From contig OZ241913.1 in NCBI GenBank assembly GCA_965203775.1, positions 3,242,653-3,306,652 on the forward strand: a DNA stretch of 64,000 nt. The letters run 5' to 3'. Positions 7,546 through 16,360 of this stretch are shown in pieces; the stretch's first letter is position 1, and the number at the start of each line of letters is the position of its first letter. Source of the stretch: Dehalococcoidia bacterium (GTDB lineage: Bacteria; Chloroflexota; Dehalococcoidia; Bin125). The position numbers were made by a program, and so were the translations under genes. The notes under the pieces were generated by a model. The model saw only the letters and a program-made list of their open reading frames with translations, was not told the DNA's origin and searched no databases.

Positions 7546-9129
7546 TCAGGGCGAGCGCGTCGCGGGCGCCTGGTCTTCAACGTTGCGGCCCCAGCAGGCG
7601 ATCGTGCCATCGGTCTTGATGCCGCAGGTATGCGCATAGCCTGCGCTGACTGCGCTGTAGGTTCCCGCCGCGACCGCCGTCTGGCTGCTGGCATTGGAGC
7701 CCCAGCAAACGACCGCTCCCGCGCCGGTCACCCCGCAGGTGTGCGCATTCCCCGCGCTGACCGCGCTGTAGGTTCCCGCCGTGACGTCCGTCTGGCTGTT
7801 GGTGTTCAGACCCCAACAGACGATCGTCCCCGTGCTGCGCAGCCCGCAGTTGTGGCTGCCGCCCGCGCTGACGGCGGTGAACGTGCCTGTCTGCGCAGCG
7901 GTCCGATCGTTGCCGCTGTTTCCCCAGCAGTGAACCGCTCCCGTGCTGCGCAGTCCGCAGCTGTGACTGCCGCCCGCGCTGACGGCGGTGAATGTGCCCG
8001 TCAGCGTGGAGGTATCGGTCCGACCGTTGCCGCTGGCTCCCCAGCAGGAAACTCCACCACTGCTCGCCACCGCGCAGGTATGCCCCGCCTCGGAGCTGCT
8101 GCCGAGCGCGGTGAAGCTGCCTGAGGGCGCGGTCGTGCGGCTGTGGCCGTTGAATCCCCAGCAGACGATTGCGCCGCTGCTGCGCAGCGCGCAGGTGTGC
8201 GAGTTGCCGGCTGCCAGCGCGGTGAAGTCGGAACCCGTCGGCGGGGTGGCGCGGTTGTTGGCGTTGTTGCCCCAGCAGTCGAGCGTGCCCGTGCTGCGGA
8301 TGGCGCAGGTGTGGAAGCCGCCTGCGCTGACGGCGGTGTACGTGGTCGTCGGAGTTGGCGTCGGCGTCGGTGTGGGAGTTGGCGTGGGCGGGTCCGGCGT
8401 CGTCTCGCTCTCGTCGCCGCTTGATGTATCCGCGACGGTTCGGGTAACAGTGGTCGGCGTGAGCTCCGCAATCAGCTCAGGCAGGCGATCATCCTGCCCG
8501 CCCCAGCAGCGCGTGCCCGTGCGGCTTAGCGCGCAGGAATGGCGCATTCCTGCGCTGATGGCGAGATAGCGCCCCGACGGGGCGTTGGATTGGTCGTAGC
8601 GGTCGTCGCCCCAGCACTCGATTGCGCCTGATTCGCGCAAGCCGCAGCTGTGCCATGCTCCGGCGCTGATTTGGGTGAAGGCTCCTGATGGGGTGTCCAA
8701 CTGGCCGAAGTTGTTCAGCCCCCAGCACTCGGCTTCGCCGTTTTCGTGGAGGGCGCAGGAGTGGGTCGTGCCGGCGCTGATTTGGGTGAAAGTGCCTGAT
8801 GGCGCGTCGGTGCGTCCGAGGTTGGCGCGGCCCCAACAGGTGATTTCTCCCGTCGTTTGCAGTCCGCAGGCGTGGAGGTAGCCAGCGCTCACGGCACGGA
8901 ACTCGCCCTCCGGTGGATCCGCCTGGCCGTAGTCGAGCACGCTGCGGCCATAGCTGCTGGTTCCCCAGCACTCAAGCTCGCTGTCGCTTTCGCGGACGGC
9001 GCAGGCGAACTGCCAGCCTGCGGCGATGTCGCTGAACGCGCCTTGCGGCGCGTTCTGATCTGCGCCCCAGCAGGCGATTTCGTCGTTCTCCTGGCGGATC
9101 GCGCAGTTGTGCCATGCGCCGGCGCTCAC
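7546..9129 (-). CDS. RCC1-repeat protein, paralog 2 (track start is internal; the frame is open up to the poly-G tract at about 9342)
   Basis: Same architecture as 79-1794. Upstream in-frame translation RKPLSIALAIAALLLAALTLAQAATPTSTSRHLALDAGGEHQCTLRADGLIRCWGG matches the paralog 1 N-terminus but contains no start codon. Confidence 0.75.
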   Translation of the reverse strand: MSAGAWHNCAIRQENDEIACWGADQNAPQGAFSDIAAGWQFACAVRESDSELECWGTSSYGRSVLDYGQADPPEGEFRAVSAGYLHACGLQTTGEITCWGRANLGRTDAPSGTFTQISAGTTHSCALHENGEAECWGLNNFGQLDTPSGAFTQISAGAWHSCGLRESGAIECWGDDRYDQSNAPSGRYLAISAGMRHSCALSRTGTRCWGGQDDRLPELIAELTPTTVTRTVADTSSGDESETTPDPPTPTPTPTPTPTPTTTYTAVSAGGFHTCAIRSTGTLDCWGNNANNRATPPTGSDFTALAAGNSHTCALRSSGAIVCWGFNGHSRTTAPSGSFTALGSSSEAGHTCAVASSGGVSCWGASGNGRTDTSTLTGTFTAVSAGGSHSCGLRSTGAVHCWGNSGNDRTAAQTGTFTAVSAGGSHNCGLRSTGTIVCWGLNTNSQTDVTAGTYSAVSAGNAHTCGVTGAGAVVCWGSNASSQTAVAAGTYSAVSAGYAHTCGIKTDGTIACWGRNVEDQAPATRSP

Positions 9130-9343
9130 CGCGCTGTAGCGGCCTTCGGGGGTGTTGCGCAGATCTGCCTGGTTGCCGCCCCAGCAGCGGATTAGGCCGT
9201 CGGCGCGGAGCGTGCATTGGTGTTCGCCGCCGGCGTCGAGGGCGAGGTGGCGGCTGGTGGATGTGGGGGTGGCGGCTTGGGCGAGGGTCAGGGCGGCGAG
9301 CAGGAGCGCGGCGATCGCGAGGGCGATCGAGAGCGGTTTACGT

Positions 9344-9358
9344 CCCCCCCCCCCCCCC
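9344..9358 (-). repeat. Homopolymer tract, 15 C on + strand (15 G in the gene sense) in the signal-peptide region of RCC1 paralog 2
   Basis: Counted directly. GTG at 9428-9430 (minus) reads MNHTANLPTAAQRARRAAAALTRFGGGGG then hits a stop. 14 or 17 G would restore the frame. Confidence 0.9.
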
Positions 9359-9439
9359 GAATCGGGTAAGCGCCGCCGCCGCGCGGCGGGCGCGTTGGGC
9401 GGCGGTCGGGAGGTTGGCGGTGTGGTTCACGGTTGTCAC

Positions 9440-10900
9440 TTTACACCAGTGGGGCGTCTTCGTGATAGCTGCGGGGATGGGGGTGTGGAGAGTTGCTTTG
9501 CGCGCGGTTCCTGCCTGCGCAGGAATGACGGTGGGGGGGCGCAGGAATGACGGTGGGGAGGTGGGGGATGACGAGAGGGGGTGCGGGGGTGACGGGAGAG
9601 GGGCGCGCAGGAATGACGGAATGGGGTAGGTGTGACGGGAGGGAGGCGTGGGAGTGAGGGAGGGAGGCGTGAGGATGGCGAGAGAGGGGGCGGGGATGGC
9701 GGGAGTGTGGATGCCGCCTTGGAGGGTGTGGGCTGCCGCTCGGCCGCTGGTGGACGCTCGGGGCCTCCCACCCCCCACCTAACCTCCCCCCTGGAAGGGG
9801 GGAGGGATGAATTGGGGAAGGGGCGAGGAAAGTGGGGTTGGGAGCGGGTGGGTTCCTGCCTGCGCAGGAATGACGGTGGGGGGCGCGGGAATGACGGGAT
9901 GGGGGCGCAGGGGTGGCGAGAGGGGGGCGCGGGAATGGCGGGAGGGGCGCGCGGGTTCCTGCCTGCGCAGGAATGACGGAGGGGCGCGCGGGGGTGACGG
10001 AATGGGGTAGGTGTGACGGGAGGGAGGCGTGGGGGTGAGGGGAGGGAGGCGTGGGGGTGAGGGGAGTGTGGATGCGCTTTGGAGGGTGTGGGCTGCCGCT
10101 CGGCCGCTGGTGGACGCTCGGGGCCTCCCACCCCCCACCTAACCTCCCCCCTGGAAGGGGGGAGGGATGAATTGGGGAAGGGGTGGGTGTGTGTGAGGGG
10201 GGAGAGGGGTGGATTGGCGGGGTAGGTTCCTGCCTGCGCAGGAATGACGGAGAGGGGGCGCGGGAATGGCGGGAGGGGCGCGCGGGGGTGGCGGGAGGGG
10301 CGCGCGGGTTCCTGCCTGCGCAGGAATGACGGAGGGGGGCGCGGGGGTGACGGAATGGGGTAGGTGTGACGAGAGGGAGGCGTGGGGATGAGGGGAGTGT
10401 GGATGCGCTTTGGAGGGTGTGGGCTGCCGCTCGGCCGCTGGTGGACGCTCGGGGCCTCTCACCCCCCACCTAACCTCCCCCCTGGAAGGAGGGAGGGATG
10501 AATTGGGGAAGGAGGGGGTTGGGGGGGTGTGAGGGGGGATGCGTGTGTGGGGTGGATTTTGGGTGGGTTGCTGGCTGTGCGGGGGTGACGGGGTGGCGCG
10601 CGGGTTCCTGCCTACGCAGGAATGACGGAATAAGGGCAGGAATGACGGAGGGAGGCGCGGGAATGGCGGGAGGGGCGCGCGGGGGTGGCGGAGGGGGTGC
10701 GCGCGGGTTCCTGCCTGCGCAGGAATGACGGAATGGGGGGGCGCGGGAATGGCGGGAGGGGCGCGCGGGGGTGACGGAGGGGGTGCGCGTGGGTTCCTGC
10801 CTGCGCAGGAATGGCGGAGGGGGGAGGCAGGGATGGCGGGAGGGGGGCGCGGGGGTGTGGCGGAGGGGGTGAGGGGGCGTGGGCGATCGGGGTGGGGTGG
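9440..10900. repeat. About 1.45 kb gene-free array of REP-like elements (families A and B) organised as about 350-380 bp macro-repeats
   Basis: Family A copies near 9506, 9851, 9955, 10225, 10306, 10603, 10706 and 10791. Family B (cctcccccc-tggaa-ggggggagg hairpin) at 9783-9805, 10143-10165 and 10474-10497. The block gacggaatggggtaggtgtgac recurs near 9615, 9996 and 10345. Confidence 0.85.
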
Positions 10901-10906
10901 GGGCGG

Positions 10907-11761
10907 TTAGGGGGTGAAGTTGATGTGCTGTGGGTGGGTGGAGGCGAGGCGGCGGGCGGCGATTTGGGTGGCTTTGGGGTTGTTGTCGATTAGTAGGTAG
11001 GGGCGGTTGTTGCGGGCGGCGGCTTCGCCGGTGGTGCCGGAGCCGGCGAAGCAGTCGAGCACGAGGTCGCCGGGGTTAGAGTGGACGCGGACGATGCGTT
11101 CGAGGATGGCGAGCGGCTTTTGGGTGGGGTAGCCGGTGCGCTCGCGGCTGTTGGTGGGGACGATTGTCTGCCACCAGACATCGGTCGGGGTCTTGCCGCG
11201 CTCGGCCTTGGCCTTGCCGACGAGGTCGGGGGCGAGGTAGGGGATGCGATCGATGGCGTCGTAGTTGAAGGTGTAGCGCTGTGGGTCTTTGGCGTACCAA
11301 AAGATGGCGTCGTGCTTGGCGGGCCACTTGCGTTTGGAGCGGCCGCCGAAGTCGTAGGCCCAGATGATTTCGTTGAGGAAGCTCTCGCGTCCGAAGATGG
11401 CGTCGAGGAGCAGCTTGCAGTAGTGGGCTTCGCGGTAGTCGATGTGGAAGAAGAGCGAGCCGTGGGGGGCGAGGATGCGGTGCAGCTCGAGCAGGCGCGG
11501 CTCGATGAAGGCGAGGAAGTCGTCGAAGAGGTCGGCGAAGGAGTGGGAGCCGAGCGCGATGCTGCGGTAGCGTCGCCCGCCGAAGCCGACGCGGTCGCCG
11601 GCGGTGTCGTCGCGCTGGGTGCGGAGGCGCGTGCGGCGCTGCTCGCGGCCGGTGTTGAAGGGCGGGTCGAGGTAGATCAGCGGGACGGAGCCGCTCTCGA
11701 GGCCGGGGAGGATGTCGAGGTTGTCGGCGAGGATGATCCGGTTTTCGCTGCCGCCGCTCAT
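10907..11761 (-). CDS. Site-specific DNA methyltransferase, beta-class (N6-adenine or N4-cytosine), no adjacent endonuclease
   Basis: DPPFNTG (motif IV) is N-terminal and VLDCFAGSGTTGEAA (motif I) is C-terminal, which is the beta-class order. Confidence 0.8.
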   Translation of the reverse strand: MSGGSENRIILADNLDILPGLESGSVPLIYLDPPFNTGREQRRTRLRTQRDDTAGDRVGFGGRRYRSIALGSHSFADLFDDFLAFIEPRLLELHRILAPHGSLFFHIDYREAHYCKLLLDAIFGRESFLNEIIWAYDFGGRSKRKWPAKHDAIFWYAKDPQRYTFNYDAIDRIPYLAPDLVGKAKAERGKTPTDVWWQTIVPTNSRERTGYPTQKPLAILERIVRVHSNPGDLVLDCFAGSGTTGEAAARNNRPYLLIDNNPKATQIAARRLASTHPQHINFTP

Positions 11762-11791
11762 TGGGCCAGTCTAAGCCCAGCGCCCGGCTTG

Positions 11792-11839
11792 GCGGTGTTC
11801 GGGGCGGTGTTCGGGGCGGTGTTCGGGGCGGTGTTCGGG
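11792..11839. repeat. Perfect 4 x 12-nt tandem repeat (gcggtgttcggg) just upstream of the methyltransferase start
   Basis: Counted directly in the sequence. Confidence 0.9.
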
Positions 11840-11916
11840 TTTTGTTTTTTTCAGGGTGATCGGGGGTGATTTTGGGGGCGCCCCTATCTGGTCGGGGCGG
11901 TTGGGGGCGTTCGGAT

Positions 11917-11956
11917 TTGTTCAGGTTTGTTCGGGTTTGTTCAGGTTTGTTCGGGG
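11917..11956. repeat. 4 x 10-nt tandem repeat (tttgttc[a/g]gg)
   Basis: Counted directly in the sequence. Confidence 0.85.
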
Positions 11957-12120
11957 CGGCGCCGGGTTGGTTGGGGCGCGGGATGTGTTGCGGGGGTTGG
12001 GGAGAGACAGGCATGGTCGCGCACCTTTGTTCTTCTGTGAGGGTAAGGGTAGCACGGTTGCGGGGAGTTGGCGGCGCCGGGTGGTTCCTGCCTGCGCAGG
12101 AATGACGGAGGAAGTGCAGG

Positions 12121-13770
12121 ATGGGGACGGAGGAGGTCGTAGGATTGGGGGATGGCGGGGCGCGACGGACCTTTTCGGGAGTGGGGGCTGGGCGCGTGAG
12201 CGCGCTGAGGGGGCGTGGCGCGTCGGGGGATGATCAGCCGCTTGTGAGCGGGCCCAGCCTTGGGCCGATTCCGTATCGGTGGGTGGCGGCGGGGATCGTC
12301 TGCATCGGCATCTTTCTCGGCGTGCTGGACAACTCGATCACGAATGTGGCGCTGCCGACGCTGGCGGACGAGTTCGGGCGGCCGGAAGAGGATGTGATCT
12401 GGGTCGCGCTGGCCTTCATCGTGGTCAGCACCGGGTTGTCGCTGACGATGGGGCGGCTGGGCGACCTCTACGGGCGCAAGCTGCTCTACACGGTCGGCTT
12501 CGCGATCTTCACGGTGGCGACGCTGCTCTCGGCGCTCTCCGGCTCGCTCGAAGAGCTGATCGGCACCCGCGTGCTGCAGGCGATCGGCTCTGCGATGACG
12601 ATGGCCAACGGGGCGGCGATCATCACGGCGTCGTTTCCGCCGTCGCGGCGGGGAACGGGGCTGGGGATCATGGTGTCGACGGTGGGGGCGGGCTTTGCGG
12701 CGGGGCCGGTGCTGGGTGGGGTGCTGGTGGAGTGGCTCGACTGGCGGGCGATTTTCTGGACGCGCGCGCCGCTGGGGCTGGTCGGGGCGTTCCTGGCCTG
12801 GCGGCTGCTGGCCGACGCGCCCGCCGAGCAGCGGCCCAAGGGCCTCGACGTGCCCGGCGCGTTTCTGCTGTTCGGCGTGCTGGGCGCGCTGACGCTGGGC
12901 ATCAACCGAGGGCGCGAGGTCGGCTGGGAAAGCCCGATCATTCTGGGGATGTTCGCCGCCTGCGCGCTCTTCCTGATCGCCTTCATCGCAGTCGAGCGGC
13001 GGGTGGCCAGCCCGGTGGTGGATCTGGGGCTGTTCAAAGGGCGCGGATTTTCGGCGGGCGTGCTCGCCGCGATTCTCCAATTCATGGGCATGTCGGCGGC
13101 GATCTCGCTGGGGCCGTTCTTTCTGATTGACGGAAGCGGCTACAGCACGTTCGAGGCGGGGCTGATGATCATGCCGATGCCGGTGGCGATGCTGCTGATC
13201 TCGCCGGTCTCGGGGATGCTGTCGGATCGGCTCGGTTCGCGGCCGCTGACGACGCTGGGCTTAATTTTGGTCAGCGGCGCGCTGCTCTCGCTGGCGATGC
13301 TGGACAGCGGCGCGCAGCCGATCGAGTTCATGTGGCGGATGCTGGTGCTGGGCATCGGCACTTCGATCTTCAGCTCACCCAACACCTCGGTGATCATGTC
13401 GGCGGTGCCGCCCGACCGATTGGGCACGGCGTCGGCCTCGCAGACCACGGCGCGGACGATTGGCACGGCGATCGGCTACGCGATCTGGTTCGCGCTGTAT
13501 TCCAACGCGGCGATCGCGTTCGGTCTGGAGAACGGCGTGGAGCGGGAAACGCCGGCGGCGATTGTGAGCGGGTACCGGGCGGCGCTGCTGGTGGCTGGGC
13601 TGGTTACGATTCCGGCGATCGGGCTGGCGTTAATCGGCGGGCAGCGGGGCGTGCGGCGCGCGGCGGCGACCGTGCAGCGGCTGGTCGGCGCGCCGATCGC
13701 CACGGGGTTAATCGCCGCGCCGCGCCCGCAGAAGGCGGCCGCGATCGCCGATGAAGGAGTACTGGACTAA
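12121..13770 (+). CDS. MFS transporter, DHA2/EmrB-like (14-TMS type); start uncertain
   Basis: LGVLDNSITNVALPTLADEF, GRLGDLYGRK and many hydrophobic spans. The first 40 or so codons of the track ORF are probably not translated. Confidence 0.8.
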   Translation: MGTEEVVGLGDGGARRTFSGVGAGRVSALRGRGASGDDQPLVSGPSLGPIPYRWVAAGIVCIGIFLGVLDNSITNVALPTLADEFGRPEEDVIWVALAFIVVSTGLSLTMGRLGDLYGRKLLYTVGFAIFTVATLLSALSGSLEELIGTRVLQAIGSAMTMANGAAIITASFPPSRRGTGLGIMVSTVGAGFAAGPVLGGVLVEWLDWRAIFWTRAPLGLVGAFLAWRLLADAPAEQRPKGLDVPGAFLLFGVLGALTLGINRGREVGWESPIILGMFAACALFLIAFIAVERRVASPVVDLGLFKGRGFSAGVLAAILQFMGMSAAISLGPFFLIDGSGYSTFEAGLMIMPMPVAMLLISPVSGMLSDRLGSRPLTTLGLILVSGALLSLAMLDSGAQPIEFMWRMLVLGIGTSIFSSPNTSVIMSAVPPDRLGTASASQTTARTIGTAIGYAIWFALYSNAAIAFGLENGVERETPAAIVSGYRAALLVAGLVTIPAIGLALIGGQRGVRRAAATVQRLVGAPIATGLIAAPRPQKAAAIADEGVLD

Positions 13771-15245
13771 TGCCCGAACAGCGCGGAACGGTCGTGGTGG
13801 TCGGCGCGGGCAACGCGGCGCTGTGCGCGGCGATCAGCGCGCGCGAGCAGGGCGCCGAGGTGCTGGTGCTCGAAAAGGCTCCCGAGGCGGAGCGCGGCGG
13901 TAACACCTATTTCACCGGCGGCGGCTTTCGCTTTCCGTATGAGGGAATTGACGAAATCCGCGAGTTGATCCCCGATCTGAGCGAGGCCGAGCTCGCGCGG
14001 GTGGATGTGGGCGCGTATCCGGCGGCGCAATTCCGCGCGGATCTGGCGCGGGTGACGGAGGGGTTGATCGACGACGGCCTGGCCACGACGCTGGTGCGCG
14101 AGGCGCGGCCCACGATGCGATGGCTGGCCGAGCGCGGCGTGCGCTTCACGCTGATGACCGGGCGGCAGGCGAATGAGGTGGATGGGGTACTCGTTTTCTA
14201 CGGCGGTTTGACCGTCGAGGCGGTTGGGGCGGGCAAGGGGCTGTCCGATCAGGAGTTCGCCGCGGCGGAGCGGCTCGGCGTCGAGCTGCGCTACGGCGCG
14301 AAGGTTGTGGGGCTGCTGCGCGACGGCGCGCGGGTGCGCGGCGTGCGCGTCCGGCTGGACGGCGCGGAAGAAGAGATCGCGGCCGACGCGGTGGTGCTGG
14401 CGGCGGGCGGCTTCGAGGCGAACACGGAGATGCGCACGCGCTACCTGGGGCAGGGCTGGGACCTGGCCAAGGTGCGCGGCTCGCGGTTCAATACCGGCGA
14501 CGCGATCCGCGCGGCGCTGGAGATCGGCGCGCAGTCGTTCGGTCACTGGTCCGGCGCGCACGCCGTCGCCTGGGATCTGAATGCGCCGCCGACGGGGAAT
14601 CGGGTGGTCGCGGATCTGTACCAGAAACACTCGTACCCGTACGGGATCATCGTCAATCTCGACGGCGAGCGGTTCGTGGACGAGGGCGCGGATCTGCGCA
14701 ACTACACGTATGCCAAGTACGGACGCGAAATCCTGCGCCAGCCGGGGCGGGTCGCGTTTCAGGTTTTCGACCAGCAGACGGTCGGTCTGCTGCGCGACGA
14801 GTACCGCGTGAGGCAGGCGACGATGGCGCAGGCAGAGACGATCGGCGAACTGGCGGAGGCGTTGGGCGTTTCCGTTACGGGGTTGGAGCGCACGGTCGCC
14901 GAATTCAACGCGGCCTGCGGCGGGGGGGAATTTCACCCGTCCGTGTTGGACGGGCTGCGCACGGAGGGGGTTGAGCCGCCCAAATCGAATTGGGCGCTGC
15001 CGCTGACGGAGCCGCCCTTCCTCGGCTACGCGGTGACCTGCGGGATTACGTTCACCTTCGGCGGGCTGCGGATTGATCCGCGCTCGGCGCAGGTGCTGGA
15101 TACGGAGGAGCAGCCGATCGAGGGCCTGTACGCGGCCGGCGAGTTGATCGGCGGACTGTTCTACGACAACTACGCGGGCGGCTCCGGCCTGATGGCGGGC
15201 GCGGTGTTCGGCCGCATCGCGGGACGATCGGCGGCGCAGCGATGA
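13770..15245 (+). CDS. FAD-dependent dehydrogenase, TcuA / fumarate-reductase-flavoprotein-like
   Basis: VVVVGAGNAALCAAISAREQGAEVLVLEKAPEAERGGNT dinucleotide-binding N-terminus, and a C-terminal GLYAAGE motif. Confidence 0.75.
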   Translation: MPEQRGTVVVVGAGNAALCAAISAREQGAEVLVLEKAPEAERGGNTYFTGGGFRFPYEGIDEIRELIPDLSEAELARVDVGAYPAAQFRADLARVTEGLIDDGLATTLVREARPTMRWLAERGVRFTLMTGRQANEVDGVLVFYGGLTVEAVGAGKGLSDQEFAAAERLGVELRYGAKVVGLLRDGARVRGVRVRLDGAEEEIAADAVVLAAGGFEANTEMRTRYLGQGWDLAKVRGSRFNTGDAIRAALEIGAQSFGHWSGAHAVAWDLNAPPTGNRVVADLYQKHSYPYGIIVNLDGERFVDEGADLRNYTYAKYGREILRQPGRVAFQVFDQQTVGLLRDEYRVRQATMAQAETIGELAEALGVSVTGLERTVAEFNAACGGGEFHPSVLDGLRTEGVEPPKSNWALPLTEPPFLGYAVTCGITFTFGGLRIDPRSAQVLDTEEQPIEGLYAAGELIGGLFYDNYAGGSGLMAGAVFGRIAGRSAAQR

Positions 15246-15925
15246 TTACCGCCAACGAGGTCGAGCGCCGCCTGGCGAATGCGCCGCAGCCGATGCGCAC
15301 GCCGCAGATGCGGGCGATCGCCCGTCAGCTGGCGGGCGATCTGAAACAGACCGACGCGGAATCGGTGTTACTGTTGTGCGCCGCATTGACGCAGCGCGGC
15401 GGCTGGCAGCGCAGCGTCGCGTTCGAGCTGGCCGCGCGGCATCGCGGCGCGGCGGCGCTGCTCAACTGGCGCTGGCTGGAGCGTCTGAGCGCGACGCTGG
15501 ACGGCTGGGCGAGCGTGGATCATTTCGCGCGGCTGCTCAGCGGTCCGGCCTGGCAGCGCGGCCAGATTTCGGATGCGCGGGTGATGCGCTGGGCGCGCTC
15601 GCCGAACGAGCATTGGCGGCGGACGGCGATCGTATCGACGATCGCGCTCAACGAGCGGCAGCTAGGCAAGGGCGACGCGGCGCGCACGCTGGCGGTGTGC
15701 GATCTGTTTGTCGACGCGCGGGAGGATTTGATCGTGAAGGCGCTTTCGTGGGCGCTGCGGGAGCTGGGCATCCGCGACGAGCAGCCGGTGCGGGAGTGGT
15801 TGGGGCGGTATGAGCCGCGGCTCGCGCCGCGAGTGCTGCGGGAGGTGCGCGCGAAGCTCGATACGGGGTCAAAGGTGGGCAAACCGTCGGAGCGGATGCG
15901 GGAGCGCTGGTCGCAGCGGGATTAG
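15242..15925 (+). CDS. DNA alkylation repair (AlkD-like HEAT-repeat) family protein
   Basis: NEHWRRTAIVSTIAL and VKALSWALRELG resemble the PF08713-type pattern. ATGA overlap with the upstream gene. Confidence 0.6.
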   Translation: MITANEVERRLANAPQPMRTPQMRAIARQLAGDLKQTDAESVLLLCAALTQRGGWQRSVAFELAARHRGAAALLNWRWLERLSATLDGWASVDHFARLLSGPAWQRGQISDARVMRWARSPNEHWRRTAIVSTIALNERQLGKGDAARTLAVCDLFVDAREDLIVKALSWALRELGIRDEQPVREWLGRYEPRLAPRVLREVRAKLDTGSKVGKPSERMRERWSQRD

Positions 15926-15972
15926 GGGTTTCGTCTGGGAGAGCGAAATGTTGGTGGAAGCTCGTGGCTTCG

Positions 15973-16025
15973 CACCCCCCACCTAACCTCCCCCCTGGAA
16001 GGGGGGAGGGATGAATTGGGGAATG
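15973..16025. repeat. REP-like element, family B, isolated copy
   Basis: ccccccacctaacctcccccctggaaggggggagggatgaattgggg. Confidence 0.85.
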
Positions 16026-16080
16026 GATGAGTGTTCGGGAGGTGGGGGGTTGGATGATGGGGATGTGGGTGTTGCTGGTG

Positions 16081-16311
16081 TTAGATGTCGATTGCTTCGT
16101 CGCGGCGGCGGCGGCGGGTGAAGGAGATGCGGTTGCCGATTGGGCCGGGGCCGGCGATGAGGATGGTGAGCGGGGCGGCGACGGAGGCGATGCTGAGGAC
16201 GATCAGGAAGAATGCGGCGCCGCCGGCCACGATGATTGCGAAGAGGACGCAGATCAGCGTTGCGGCGAGGGCGAAGACGATGCGGCGGAAGAGGTTGTTT
16301 AGCAGGTTCAT
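16081..16311 (-). CDS. Small hypothetical membrane protein (76 aa)
   Basis: Two hydrophobic segments, 50 nt downstream of the carboxyltransferase gene. Weak support. Confidence 0.35.
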   Translation of the reverse strand: MNLLNNLFRRIVFALAATLICVLFAIIVAGGAAFFLIVLSIASVAAPLTILIAGPGPIGNRISFTRRRRRDEAIDI

Positions 16312-16360
16312 GGCAGGTTCCTTCGCTGCTGGGCGGCGTGGGTGTAACAGAGCGCGGTGG

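Noticed and set aside
9441-10469. 342-aa Pro-rich ORF, and similar ORFs across the repeat arrays (9436-10131, 25768-28104 N-terminal part, 29234-29899)
   Set aside because: They are translations of REP-like repeats. The same peptide blocks recur wherever the repeats occur, in any frame.
9440-10900. Possible CRISPR array, because a 26-nt palindromic unit recurs many times
   Set aside because: Spacing is irregular (about 25 to 300 nt). The intervening sequences are themselves repeated and related to each other. The unit is dispersed throughout the window and no cas genes are present. This is REP/BIME-like, not CRISPR.
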